A DNA stretch of 45,588 nucleotides from Planctomycetota bacterium (GTDB taxonomy: Bacteria > Planctomycetota > PUPC01 > JABMSA01), in the NCBI GenBank assembly GCA_035527355.1, contig DATLAR010000079.1, positions 1-45,588 of the forward strand, given 5' to 3'. The notes under the pieces are model-generated. The model made no database searches, was not told the origin of the DNA, and saw only the letters and a list, made by a program, of their open reading frames with translations. Within the stretch, counting starts at the first letter, position 1. Each line of letters begins with the position of its first letter. Of this stretch, positions 24,151-33,275 are shown piece by piece. The translations under genes were made by a program, and so were the position numbers.

Positions 24151-25170
24151 ATGCCATACGAATTTGCCCATGCACACTCGAAGATAGCCGTTTTAGGCGA
24201 CGGTGCATGGGGAACCGCGCTCGCTATGCTGCTGTGCGACAACCAGCATGACGTTACGCTGTGGGGTGCGTTTGCCGAATACGTGAGCGTGATGAGCCAC
24301 GCCCGCGAAAACACCAAATTCCTGCCCGGCCTCAAGCTGCCCGATTCGCTGCACCTGTCGTCTGATATCGGCGAGGCAACAGCCGACGCGGTTCTTATCG
24401 TGATGGCCGCACCTGCCCAGCACGTGCGCAAGGTAGCCCAGCGCCTGCTCCCCCACTTTTCGAGAAACACGCCGATCGTCAGCGTAGCAAAAGGCATCGA
24501 AAACAAAACGCTGCTGCGGCCCAGCGAGATACTGCGCGAAGTGCTCAGCCGCGTGAAGGTGGCAGTGCTATCGGGTCCCAGCCACGCCGAGGAGGTCTCG
24601 CGCAAGATGCCTACCTCGGTTTCGATCGCATCGCGCGACGATGAGCTTGCGGCGGCGGTGCAGAAGGCTTTTTCCACCGACTATTTTCGGCCATATACCA
24701 CCAACGACCCGGTTGGGGTGGAATTGGGCGGAGCGCTAAAGAATGTAATCGGCATCGCGGCCGGCATATCGGACGGGCTGGGCTTCGGCGACAACGCGAA
24801 GTCAGCGCTCATCACGCGCGGGCTGGCCGAGATGACACGCCTGGGCGTGGCGATGGGCGCCAGGCAATCGACATTCGCCGGGCTGTCGGGCATAGGCGAC
24901 CTCATCACCACGTGCATCAGCCCGCACGGGCGCAACCACCGCTGCGGCTTTGAAATCGGCCGTGGGAAAACGCTGGACGAATTCCTTGCCGGCACAGAGC
25001 AGGCAATCGAGGGGGTGTGGACTTGTGTGTCGGTTCGTGAGCTGGCCGCCAAATGCGAAGTGGAAATGCCTATCTGCGAGGAAATCCACCGCGTGCTGTT
25101 CCGCCGCAAATCCGCCAGAAACGCAGTGCGTGACCTGATGATGAGAAAAACGAGGGCCGAGGAAGACTGA
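24151..25170 (+). CDS. gpsA: NAD(P)H-dependent glycerol-3-phosphate dehydrogenase
   Basis: IAVLGDGAWGTALA nucleotide-binding N-terminus, NTKFLPG, SVAKGIE, LSGPSHAEEV, GGALKNVIGIAAG, RN...G. Starts 24 nt after plsY. Confidence 0.9.
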   Translation: MPYEFAHAHSKIAVLGDGAWGTALAMLLCDNQHDVTLWGAFAEYVSVMSHARENTKFLPGLKLPDSLHLSSDIGEATADAVLIVMAAPAQHVRKVAQRLLPHFSRNTPIVSVAKGIENKTLLRPSEILREVLSRVKVAVLSGPSHAEEVSRKMPTSVSIASRDDELAAAVQKAFSTDYFRPYTTNDPVGVELGGALKNVIGIAAGISDGLGFGDNAKSALITRGLAEMTRLGVAMGARQSTFAGLSGIGDLITTCISPHGRNHRCGFEIGRGKTLDEFLAGTEQAIEGVWTCVSVRELAAKCEVEMPICEEIHRVLFRRKSARNAVRDLMMRKTRAEED

Positions 25171-25203
25171 AGGCGGCGTTCACAGGCCGGCTTGAAATAT
25201 GCC

Positions 25204-25257
25204 GGGCCGGACGCCAAACTGCTCCGGGAGGGTTAGAGCTTACGCGACGTCCGGCCC
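25204..25257. terminator. long-loop hairpin between the convergent gpsA and glmS genes (possible bidirectional terminator)
   Basis: GGGCCGGACG (25204-25213) pairs with CGTCCGGCCC (25248-25257). 10-bp stem with a 34-nt loop, so not a classical intrinsic terminator. Confidence 0.3.
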
Positions 25258-25283
25258 GTTCCACCTTGTATTTCAGAACCCTG

Positions 25284-27116
25284 CTACTCCACCGTCACGC
25301 TCTTCGCGAGGTTGCGCGGCTTGTCTACGTCGCAGCCTTTCATCTTGGCCACGTGATAGGCCAACAACTGCAGCGGCACAACCGTGAGCAAGGGGGTCAG
25401 CGGTTCCGGGGCGGGTGGGACGTAGATCACATCGTCGGCCTTGTCCTTGATAGACGTATCGCCTTCCGTGGCTACGGCTATTACCTTGCCGCCCCGAGCC
25501 TTCACTTCTGACATATTCACTAGTATCTTGTCATAGATGCTGTCTTGCACGGCGATAAACACCACAGGCATCGCCTCGGTGATGAGCGCGATCGGCCCGT
25601 GCTTCATCTCGGCCGCCGGATAACCCTCGGCGTGCACGTAGCTGATTTCCTTCAGCTTCAGGGCGCCTTCGAGGGCGACCGGGAAGTTGTAGCCTCTGCC
25701 CAGGAACAGCGAGTTTGCGGCTTTCGTGTAGTACTTTTTCGCAAGCTCCTGCACCTGTTCTTCGGTCTTCAGCACCCTTCTCACCTGGTCGGGTATTTTC
25801 TCCAGCGCCTGGACCATCCTGATGCCTTCGGCTGCTCCCAGGCCGCGCGCCCTGCCAAGCATCAGGCTCATCATGTAAAACGTAGTCACCTGCGATGTGA
25901 ACGCCTTGGTGCTGGCAACGCCGATCTCCGGCCCCGCGTGAATGTAGACGCCGGCATCGGACTCACGCGCGATGGTGCTGCCTACCACGTTTGAGATTGC
26001 CAGCGCGGCCGCGCCCTGCCGTTTCGCCTCGCGCAGCGCCGCCAAAGTGTCGGCCGTCTCCCCCGATTGGCTCACGACGATCACGATTGTGCCGGGTTCC
26101 ACAATTGGATTGCGATAGCGGAACTCCGAGGCATATGACACCTCCACCGGAATGCGGCAGATGTCTTCGATCATGTATTCGCCGATCAGCCCGGCATGCC
26201 ACGCGGTGCCGCACGCGCTGATGATGATGCGCTTTGCCTCAAAGAACCTGGGGCCGAGGTCCATCAGCCCGCCCAGTTGCACCAGGCCTTCCATCGGTTT
26301 CAAGCGGCCGCGAAAAGCCGCGCGGATCGTCTCCGGCTGCTCGTGGATTTCCTTGGCCATATACGTATCGTGCCCGCCGAGGTCGATCATGCTTACGTCC
26401 CAGGTAACCTCGGTCACGCTCTTCGTCGTCGGAATGTTGTCGATTGTGTACGACCTGAAACCGTCCGGCCTGAGCACTCCTACCTCATTATCGTCGAGGT
26501 AAACTATCTGTTTAGTATGCTCGATGAGGGCCGAAACGTCAGATGCGGCGTAGTATTCCCCATCGCCGATGCCCACCACCATAGGCGAGCCATTGCGCGC
26601 TACGACCACGGTTTCCGAGCATTGCTTGCAGAGAACGGCAAGCCCGTATGTGCCGATAACGCGTTTGAGCGCCTTGCGCACCGCCTCGGTCAGATCGCCT
26701 GTAAAGTATTTCTCGATGAGGTGCGCGATCACCTCGGTATCGGTTTCGCTGGTGAAGGTGTGGCCTTCGCGCTGCAACTGCGCCCGCAGTGCATCGCAGT
26801 TTTCCACTATGCCGTTGTGCACCACGAAGATGTTGCCGTGGCAGTCGGCGTGAGGGTGCGCGTTTGCCTCCGACGGTGCGCCGTGGGTTGCCCATCGCGT
26901 ATGCGCGATTCCGGCGGTTCCCTCGAGCGCCATGCCGTTCAGTTTCGCCTCAAGCTCGGAAATGCGGCCAAGCGACCGCACGCAGCACAGCGAATTGCAC
27001 GCGCCCTCTATGACGATTCCGGCGGAATCGTAGCCGCGGTATTCAAGGCGCTTCAGGCCCTCGATGAGGATATTCCGCGCGCTTCTTCTGCCGGTATAGC
27101 CAACTATTCCGCACAT
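25284..27116 (-). CDS. glmS: glutamine--fructose-6-phosphate aminotransferase
   Basis: Start set to the ATG giving MCGIVGY (27116; AGGAGA SD). Two SIS domains. C-terminal DVDKPRNLAKSVTVE. Confidence 0.92.
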   Translation of the reverse strand: MCGIVGYTGRRSARNILIEGLKRLEYRGYDSAGIVIEGACNSLCCVRSLGRISELEAKLNGMALEGTAGIAHTRWATHGAPSEANAHPHADCHGNIFVVHNGIVENCDALRAQLQREGHTFTSETDTEVIAHLIEKYFTGDLTEAVRKALKRVIGTYGLAVLCKQCSETVVVARNGSPMVVGIGDGEYYAASDVSALIEHTKQIVYLDDNEVGVLRPDGFRSYTIDNIPTTKSVTEVTWDVSMIDLGGHDTYMAKEIHEQPETIRAAFRGRLKPMEGLVQLGGLMDLGPRFFEAKRIIISACGTAWHAGLIGEYMIEDICRIPVEVSYASEFRYRNPIVEPGTIVIVVSQSGETADTLAALREAKRQGAAALAISNVVGSTIARESDAGVYIHAGPEIGVASTKAFTSQVTTFYMMSLMLGRARGLGAAEGIRMVQALEKIPDQVRRVLKTEEQVQELAKKYYTKAANSLFLGRGYNFPVALEGALKLKEISYVHAEGYPAAEMKHGPIALITEAMPVVFIAVQDSIYDKILVNMSEVKARGGKVIAVATEGDTSIKDKADDVIYVPPAPEPLTPLLTVVPLQLLAYHVAKMKGCDVDKPRNLAKSVTVE

Positions 27117-27235
27117 TACTAGTGATCTCCTACGCAGAGTTTCGGAATAACCCAGGGAAGATTTCAGGTTGCGATTCATCACCAAGGCGTGGTGAAAGCG
27201 CCACATGCAACGCCCTGCAAAGAATGTGGCATCCG

Positions 27236-28288
27236 CTACGTTTTCGCCTTAGATGCCCTTAGCTGGCCGCATGCTGCGGAGATCTCCACACCGCGCGGCC
27301 TGCGCACCGTGGCTCTTATTCCGCGGTGATGCAGCACATCGACAAACTCCTGCACGCCTTTCTCGGTGGGCGCCGCCATCCCAAGCTCGTGCACCGGATT
27401 GTACGGAATAACGTTCACCGTGCAAGGATAATCTTTCAGCCGCCTTGCGAGCTCTTCGGCGGCCGCCACGCCGTCGTTCATGCCCGCGATCAGCGCGTAT
27501 TCAAGCGTGATCTCGCGGCCCGTTTTCGCGAAATAGTGCCGGCCCGCGTGCAGCAATCTGTCCATCCCGATCCTGCGGTTCGACGGCACGATCTGGTTGC
27601 GGATCAGATCGTTCGGCGCGTGCAGCGAGATCGCGAGGTTCAGTTGCAGCCCCTCCGCGGCCAACTGCTCGATCGCTTCGGGAAAGCCAACGGTCGACAC
27701 GGTGATCCGGCGTGCTGCGATATTCAGCGACCAATCCGCGTTCAGTATTTTCAGGGCCTTCACCACGGCCTTGTAATTTGCCAGCGGCTCGCCCACGCCC
27801 ATGACCACCACGTGTGTAACCCGCCGCCCGGCCGCGCGCCCCGCCTGCATCACCTCCTCCACGATCTCGCCCGGCGACAGGCTGCGCTCCAGGCCGCACA
27901 TGCCCGACGCGCAAAACACGCAGCCCATGGCGCAGCCCACCTGCGAGCTGATGCAGCACGTGAGCCGCTCGGGCTCCGGAATGATCACCGTCTCGATGCG
28001 GGCGTCGTCTTTCAGCTTCAGCAGCAGCTTCATCGTGCCGTCGGCCGCCGTGAGTTGCTCGTCCACGGAAGAGCGGTAGAGGTCGATTCTCTCGGCCGCG
28101 CGTGCACGCAGCTCTGCCGGCAGGTTCTTCATAGCGTCGAAGGTCTGCACGCCCTTGGCGTAATACCAGTCCATCATCTGCTTGGCGCGAAACTTCGGCT
28201 GGCCCATTTCATCGAATGCACCTTCGAGCTCGCTGATAAACATCCCTGGAAGATGCAGATGCTTTTGTTTGTCGCCTTCCTTTTGCAT
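27236..28288 (-). CDS. rlmN: 23S rRNA/tRNA adenine-C2 methyltransferase RlmN (radical SAM)
   Basis: FRAKQ...W N-terminus. Radical-SAM cluster motif CISSQVGCAMGCVFCASG. Also VMGVGEPL, SLHAP and GVEISAACGQL. Confidence 0.9.
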   Translation of the reverse strand: MQKEGDKQKHLHLPGMFISELEGAFDEMGQPKFRAKQMMDWYYAKGVQTFDAMKNLPAELRARAAERIDLYRSSVDEQLTAADGTMKLLLKLKDDARIETVIIPEPERLTCCISSQVGCAMGCVFCASGMCGLERSLSPGEIVEEVMQAGRAAGRRVTHVVVMGVGEPLANYKAVVKALKILNADWSLNIAARRITVSTVGFPEAIEQLAAEGLQLNLAISLHAPNDLIRNQIVPSNRRIGMDRLLHAGRHYFAKTGREITLEYALIAGMNDGVAAAEELARRLKDYPCTVNVIPYNPVHELGMAAPTEKGVQEFVDVLHHRGIRATVRRPRGVEISAACGQLRASKAKT

Positions 28289-28294
28289 ATCTAT

Positions 28295-28323
28295 ATTCTA
28301 CCGTCTGCCGGGAGTGAAACGAA
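28295..28323 (-). promoter_or_regulatory. candidate promoter TTCGTT-N17-TAGAAT abutting the rlmN ATG
   Basis: Minus strand: TAGAAT (28300-28295) ends 6 nt before ATG 28288. The -35 (28323-28318) is weak. No SD in between. Confidence 0.3.
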
Positions 28324-28376
28324 GGATTTTCATGTTCGCGTGGATCAAGATGTATTTGGCTGGAATCAACTCTTGT

Positions 28377-29489
28377 TCAGCGTTCCAGGCTTTCCATTAG
28401 GCGGCAATAGCTTTCGTAGCGGTCGCGGCTTATCCTGCCCTCGTCGAGGGCCAGCTTCACCTCGCAGCCGGGCTCGTGGGTGTGCGAGCAGCCTCGCAGC
28501 CTGCACCGGCCTAGATACTGCTCGAATTCGCGGAAGAAATGCGGCAGGTCCTGTTTCTGAACGTCCCACAGGGCAAACTCGCGGATGCCGGGTGTGTCGA
28601 CCACATATCCGCCGAAATCTAGCGGCAGCAGCTTGATTGTGGTTGTCGTGTGAATGCCTTTGCCGGTCAGCTCGCTCACCTCGGCCACCCGAAGCTCGAG
28701 GCCCGGCTGCAACGCGTTGAGGATGGACGACTTCCCCACGCCCGACTGCCCCGCAAAGATGCTCGTCTTATCGCGCAGCAGCTCCCTCAGCTCGTCAAGC
28801 CCCTCCCCCGTTTCAGCGCTGCAATACATCACCGGATACTCAAGCTCTGCGTACACCCTGAGCATCTCGTGTATCTGGGCGCGTTCGGCGGCACCCACCA
28901 TATCGATCTTGTTTACAATGATAACCGCCCGCAGGCTGCCGTTCTCGGCCGCAACGAGGTAGCGGTCGATCAGGCCCGTGCGGATGGGCGGCGCGGCCAC
29001 CGAAATCGTGACCAGAAGCTGTTGGACGTTTGCGGCGACCACGTGCTCGCGCTCCATGTATTTCCGCGAGAGGATCGTGTCGCGGGGCTGCACGCGCTCG
29101 ATCACGCCGGTATGATCGTCCAGTTGCACGAAAAGCACGCGATCGCCCACGGCAACGACATTGCGCTCCCTGGTCTCGAGGCTCTTGAGCAAGCCGCGCA
29201 GCACGCAGCGCGTCTTGCGCGTATCCGAGCGCACGGTGCATCCGCCGGGGATGATTTCGATAACAATGCCGCCGATGGCGTTTTCGGGCACGTCGCCGGC
29301 CGCGCCAAGGAGGTCATCGCGCAGCATCTCGCGGGCCTCATCTACGTCGCGGCGCCGCCGGTCATGCCGCGAGACCAGCCTCCTGAACGACGCGGTTTCC
29401 TCGCCGGTTTCGGCGAGCCGCCGCTCGCGGCCGCGGTGCTCCTGGCCTGTCTTGCGCGCTTTTTTGAGCTTGCGGCGCGAGGCGGGCAC
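28377..29489 (-). CDS. rsgA: ribosome small-subunit-dependent GTPase A (RsgA/YjeQ)
   Basis: OB domain, circularly permuted GTPase motifs (NKIDM ... GQSGVGKSSILNAL), and a C-terminal zinc knuckle (CRLRGCSHTHEPGC). GTG start with a basic N-terminal extension, as in E. coli RsgA. Confidence 0.85.
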   Translation of the reverse strand: MPASRRKLKKARKTGQEHRGRERRLAETGEETASFRRLVSRHDRRRRDVDEAREMLRDDLLGAAGDVPENAIGGIVIEIIPGGCTVRSDTRKTRCVLRGLLKSLETRERNVVAVGDRVLFVQLDDHTGVIERVQPRDTILSRKYMEREHVVAANVQQLLVTISVAAPPIRTGLIDRYLVAAENGSLRAVIIVNKIDMVGAAERAQIHEMLRVYAELEYPVMYCSAETGEGLDELRELLRDKTSIFAGQSGVGKSSILNALQPGLELRVAEVSELTGKGIHTTTTIKLLPLDFGGYVVDTPGIREFALWDVQKQDLPHFFREFEQYLGRCRLRGCSHTHEPGCEVKLALDEGRISRDRYESYCRLMESLER

Positions 29490-29551
29490 GCCCTTGTCAG
29501 CCTTGCCTTTCTTCGGGCAGATTTCGGTTTCTCCTGGTTCTCAGCCGCCGG

Positions 29552-29585
29552 CAAAAATCAACGGGCGGGCCAAGGGCGCCCGCCC
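29552..29585 (-). terminator. intrinsic terminator downstream of trpB2
   Basis: Minus strand: GGGCGGGC, 7-nt loop, GCCCGCCC, followed by GTTGATTTTTG. Lies 36 nt after the trpB2 stop. Confidence 0.65.
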
Positions 29586-29620
29586 ATTCATGGTTCGGTC
29601 TAGTATGCGCGGCGGATGCC

Positions 29621-30976
29621 CTATGACAGTTTCGGCAATTCGGCGATTCCCTTCGCAATCATCTCCTGCGTGCACTCGATATCTTCCAGCTTGCCCGAAA
29701 AATAGTTGTCGTAGGCCGACAGATCGAGCAGGCCGTGGCCGCTGAAGTTGAAAACGATGGTCTTCTTCTCGCCGGTTTTCTTGCATTCGAGCGCCTGGTC
29801 GATCGCCACGCGAATCGCGTGGGACGTTTCGGGCGCGGGTATGATGCCTTCGGTGCGGGCAAAGGTGACGGCCGCCTCGAAGCACGATTTTTGCGTGCGG
29901 CTTACCGCTTCCACTATGCCCTGCTTCACAAGGGCGCTCACCATCGGCGCCATGCCGTGGTAGCGCAGGCCGCCCGCGTGAATCGACGGCGGCATGAATT
30001 TGTGCCCGAGGGTGAACATCTTCAACAGCGGCGTCATGCCCACCGTGTCGCCGAAGTCGTATGCAAATGTGCCGCGGGTAAGCGTGGGGCACGCGGTGGG
30101 TTCGACCGCCAGGATTTTGATCTTCTGTCCGCCGAGCTTCTCGGGCAGAAACGGGAATGCGAAGCCGGCAAAATTGCTGCCGCCGCCCACGCACGCCACC
30201 AGCACGTCGGGCTTGTCGCCCGCCATTGCAAGCTGCTCCTTCACTTCCTGCCCTACAATCGTCTGGTGCAGCATGACGTGGTTGAGCACGCTGCCCAGCG
30301 AATAGTTCGTATCGCTGTTTGTGGCTGCCACCTCAACGGCCTCGCTGATTGCGATGCCCAGCGTGCCGGGGCAGTTGGGATCTTCGGCGAGGATGGAGCG
30401 GCCTGCGTTGGTGGTGTTGCTGGGGCTGGCAATAGCCTTGCCGCCCCACGTAGCCATCATCATCTTGCGGTATGGCTTCTGCTCGTAGCTCACCTTCACC
30501 ATGTAAACGATGCATTCCATGCCGAACATCGAGCAGGCATAGCAGAGGGCGCTGCCCCACTGGCCGGCGCCGGTTTCGGTGGATAGCCGCTTCACGCCCG
30601 CCTGCTTGTTGTAATAAGCCTGTGCCACGGCGGTATTGGGCTTGTGGCTGCCGGCGGGGCTCACGCCTTCGTTCTTGTAGTAAATCTTTGCGGGCGTGCC
30701 GAGGAACTTCTCGAGCCTGAGTGCACGCACAAGGGGCGTGGGCCGCCAGAGCATGTAGCGGTCGAGCACCGGCTCGGGGATGTCGATCCAGCGCTGGCCG
30801 GTCATTTCCTGCTCGATGAGCGCCTGCGGGAAAATGCCAGCGAGCGCCGAAGGGTCGAGAGGTTTGCCCGTGGCCGGGTCCAGCGGCGGCACCATCCATT
30901 GGCCCATATCGGCCAGGGCATTGTACCATTTCTTCGGAATGCGGTCTGCAGGAAGATCGATCCTGAATTGCTCCAT
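29621..30976 (-). CDS. trpB: TrpB2-type tryptophan synthase beta-chain-like PLP enzyme (stand-alone)
   Basis: 451 aa with the long N-terminal TrpB2 extension (IPKKWYN...P.LD..TG.P). PLP-lysine block GSHKPNTA, then [13 protein letters not shown] and GGGSNFAG. No trpA adjacent. Confidence 0.85.
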   Translation of the reverse strand: MEQFRIDLPADRIPKKWYNALADMGQWMVPPLDPATGKPLDPSALAGIFPQALIEQEMTGQRWIDIPEPVLDRYMLWRPTPLVRALRLEKFLGTPAKIYYKNEGVSPAGSHKPNTAVAQAYYNKQAGVKRLSTETGAGQWGSALCYACSMFGMECIVYMVKVSYEQKPYRKMMMATWGGKAIASPSNTTNAGRSILAEDPNCPGTLGIAISEAVEVAATNSDTNYSLGSVLNHVMLHQTIVGQEVKEQLAMAGDKPDVLVACVGGGSNFAGFAFPFLPEKLGGQKIKILAVEPTACPTLTRGTFAYDFGDTVGMTPLLKMFTLGHKFMPPSIHAGGLRYHGMAPMVSALVKQGIVEAVSRTQKSCFEAAVTFARTEGIIPAPETSHAIRVAIDQALECKKTGEKKTIVFNFSGHGLLDLSAYDNYFSGKLEDIECTQEMIAKGIAELPKLS

Positions 30977-31023
30977 CGTTGGCTCCTTACCCGTAGTAGA
31001 ATATGTGACGCTGGAATCACTGT

Positions 31024-31052
31024 ATTTTACATCAGCGGACGGTGCGGGTCAA
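31024..31052 (-). promoter_or_regulatory. sigma70-type promoter TTGACC-N17-TAAAAT for trpB2
   Basis: Minus strand: TTGACC (31052-31047), 17-nt spacer, TAAAAT (31029-31024), about 47 nt upstream of ATG 30976. GGAG SD. Confidence 0.55.
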
Positions 31053-31150
31053 TAAGAAAACCGCCGATGCGCCCGCTGGGTCCGTAAACGATTCGTGGGC
31101 GCAGGGCCAGACTCCACCAAGGGCAGCATCGAGCCGGCGGAGACGGAATA

Positions 31151-31183
31151 GGCTTTGGCCTTTTGGGCTTTAGCCTTTTAGGC
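31151..31183. repeat. 15-nt tandem direct repeat (GGCTTTGGCCTTTTG / GGCTTTAGCCTTTTA / GGC)
   Basis: Two full units plus a partial third, with 13/15 identity. Followed at 31197-31213 by GTATGCGG-C-GTATGCGG. Confidence 0.5.
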
Positions 31184-31233
31184 ATTCATACAGACGGTAT
31201 GCGGCGTATGCGGTAAGCCCGCGCTAAAGCAAA

Positions 31234-31445
31234 TGGCTTCATTTCATTAACACCTCGATTCTTATCGAGCTCGATTCCATCGAGGTGGTTAGGAGGGCAC
31301 GCTCTTGAATCCCAAACCGTTTCAACGGTTTTGCCTTTGGATGCCGGAGATCAGTACGAGAAGGCAAAACCGTTAAAACGGTTAAGACTTGCCGTGGACC
31401 ATCTCGAGCCCCTCGATGAATCGAGGGGCTAATGAAATGAAGCCA
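31234..31445. repeat. 212-nt nested palindromic element (MITE-like element or structured RNA; unassigned)
   Basis: Outer perfect 16-bp inverted repeat TGGCTTCATTTCATTA (31234-31249) / TAATGAAATGAAGCCA (31430-31445). Inner 23-bp inverted repeat with 1 mismatch (31315-31337 / 31361-31383) around a 23-nt loop. Each arm also carries its own local hairpins. Confidence 0.7.
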
Positions 31446-31469
31446 CGCGCGTGCGGACATGTTCTTTGC

Positions 31470-31501
31470 TCTGACTTCCGCCTTCCGTCTTCTGACTTCC
31501 G
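31470..31501. repeat. direct repeat TCTGACTTCCG x2 with 21-nt period
   Basis: TCTGACTTCCG at 31470-31480 and at 31491-31501, immediately upstream of the candidate M50 promoter. Confidence 0.45.
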
Positions 31502-31521
31502 GCCCCTGCCGCCTTTTCTCC

Positions 31522-31550
31522 TTGATTCCACGGGCCGTTTATGTTACCCT
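31522..31550 (+). promoter_or_regulatory. candidate promoter TTGATT-N17-TACCCT for the M50 protease-trpS-scpA-kdgK operon
   Basis: TTGATT 31522-31527, 17-nt spacer, TACCCT 31545-31550. The -10 is weak, keeping only T1, A2 and T6. Confidence 0.4.
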
Positions 31551-31565
31551 GAAAATTGGCTTAAC

Positions 31566-32231
31566 GTGCTTGAAATCCCGAATCCGAGGGCTTCTGCCAT
31601 TTTTAACCTAAGTAATCCTCAGTTTCTGCTAAACCTAGCGATCTCGGCGCCGGTTTTCCTCTGGGCGCTCACCATTCACGAGTTTGCTCATGCGTGGGTG
31701 GCCCACAAGTGCGGCGACGACACAGCGCTGTACGAGGGCCGCGTTTCGTTGAACCCGCTTGTGCACCTCGATCCCATCGGCACGCTGTGCATGCTGTTCG
31801 TCGGCTTCGGCTGGGCCAAGCCCGTGCCGGTAAACCCATACAACTTCCGCAATTACAGGCGCGACGATATCCTCGTTTCGCTCGCAGGCGTTACGGCAAA
31901 CCTCCTGAATGCAATATTGTTTGCGATACTGTTCGGCCTTCTCATGCGGTGGTTCGAGTTCGGATATCTGCATCAGATGGCGGCATTTGGCGTGCTCGGC
32001 AACCTCGGGCTGATGTTCTTCAACCTGATTCCGATCCCGCCGCTCGACGGATCTCACGTGCTCTACCAGATGCTGCCGAGCGAGATGAAGCCGGGCTACC
32101 GGCAGGTCGCGCAGTACGGGCAGTTCATCCTCATAGCGCTTATATTCACGGGCATCACAAGAGTTCTCATCTGGACTCCTACGATGTATGTCGCAAGAGT
32201 TCTGTTCGGTGTTGCTCTACTCGGGGTTTAA
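31566..32231 (+). CDS. site-2 protease family (peptidase M50) membrane metalloprotease
   Basis: HEFAH zinc motif in the first TM helix. Also [21 protein letters not shown] and [14 protein letters not shown]. The start is uncertain. GTG 31566 is chosen because the track start (TTG 31389) and the in-frame ATGs at 31416 and 31437 lie inside the palindromic element. Confidence 0.7.
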   Translation: MLEIPNPRASAIFNLSNPQFLLNLAISAPVFLWALTIHEFAHAWVAHKCGDDTALYEGRVSLNPLVHLDPIGTLCMLFVGFGWAKPVPVNPYNFRNYRRDDILVSLAGVTANLLNAILFAILFGLLMRWFEFGYLHQMAAFGVLGNLGLMFFNLIPIPPLDGSHVLYQMLPSEMKPGYRQVAQYGQFILIALIFTGITRVLIWTPTMYVARVLFGVALLGV

Positions 32232-32234
32232 TTA

Positions 32235-33236
32235 ATGGCCAAGAAAAGGATTCTCAGCGGGATGCGGCCCACCGGGCCCCTTCACATCGGGCACCTTGTG
32301 GGGGCACTGGCAAACTGGAGGGATCTGCAGGACGAGTTTGAATGCTATTACATGATCGCCGACTGGCACGCGCTGATGAGCGAGTATGCCAATCCCCGCG
32401 CGATCCCGGCAAACACGATTGACAACGTGGCCGACTGGCTGGCCTGCGGGCTCGACCCCGAGCGCAGCACCATCTTTGTGCAGTCCGACGTGCCCGAGCA
32501 TACCGAGCTGCACGTGATCCTATCGTGCATCACGCCGCTTGGCTGGCTGGAGCGCGTGCCCACATACAAGGAGCAGATCCAAAACATCGCGGACAAGGAC
32601 CTCTCCAATTACGCATTCCTGGGCTATCCCTGCCTGCAGGCGGCCGACATCCTGATCTACAAGGCCAGCGTGGTGCCCGTGGGCGAAGACCAGGTAGCGC
32701 ACCTCGAGTTGACCCGCGAGATCTGCCGCCGCTTCAATAGCATGTACCGCGAAGTCTTTCCCGAGCCGCAGCCCAGGCTCACGCAGGCCGCACGCCTGCT
32801 CGGGCTCGACGGCCGCAAGATGAGCAAGAGCTACGGCAATGCCATCGCCATTGGCGAGAGCCCCGAAGACACGCGCAAGAAAATCATGAACATGTTCACC
32901 GATCCCCTACGCATCCACAAGAAAGACCCGGGCCGTCCGGAGGTGTGCAACGTGCACAGCTACTTCCGCGTGTTTGCGCCCGAGCGCGTGGCCGAGATCG
33001 ATGCCGCGTGCCGCGCCGCCCAGATCGGATGCGTGGACTGCAAGAAGGAGCTGGCCCAGCGGCTGAACGGATACCTCGAGCCGATCCGCGCGAAACGTAC
33101 CGAGCTGCTGGCCAAGCCCGAGCGCATCGAATGCATCCTCAGCGAAGGATGCCGCAAAGCCCGTAGTGTGGCATCCGCCACGCTGAACGAGGCTCGCGAA
33201 GCTATGGGAATCGGACAGACAAGGCTGAAGGTTTAG
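32235..33236 (+). CDS. trpS: tryptophan--tRNA ligase
   Basis: Class I motifs: SGMRPTGPLHIGHLVG (HIGH) and KMSKS. Starts 4 nt after the M50 stop. Confidence 0.92.
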   Translation: MAKKRILSGMRPTGPLHIGHLVGALANWRDLQDEFECYYMIADWHALMSEYANPRAIPANTIDNVADWLACGLDPERSTIFVQSDVPEHTELHVILSCITPLGWLERVPTYKEQIQNIADKDLSNYAFLGYPCLQAADILIYKASVVPVGEDQVAHLELTREICRRFNSMYREVFPEPQPRLTQAARLLGLDGRKMSKSYGNAIAIGESPEDTRKKIMNMFTDPLRIHKKDPGRPEVCNVHSYFRVFAPERVAEIDAACRAAQIGCVDCKKELAQRLNGYLEPIRAKRTELLAKPERIECILSEGCRKARSVASATLNEAREAMGIGQTRLKV

Positions 33237-33275
33237 CGCCCGCCGCGCCACGCTGTATACCACCGAGGCAATTGA

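Noticed and set aside
27117-27235. glmS ribozyme upstream of glmS
   Set aside because: Only 119 nt separate glmS from the rlmN stop, which is shorter than the ribozyme. I could not find the conserved core sequences. Only a modest hairpin is present (GCCACAT...ATGTGGC).
31239-31460. 73-aa minus-strand ORF, and the extended 280-aa version of the M50 protease starting at TTG 31389
   Set aside because: Both are generated by the palindromic element itself. The same sequence reads as an ORF on both strands. The translated segments have no membrane or protease features, and the conserved M50 domain only begins after about nt 31640.
31053-31521. Replication-origin-like region (iterons plus AT-rich DNA)
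   Set aside because: No TTATCCACA-type DnaA boxes, no dnaA/dnaN neighbourhood and no extended AT-rich unwinding element. The short repeats are only doublets.
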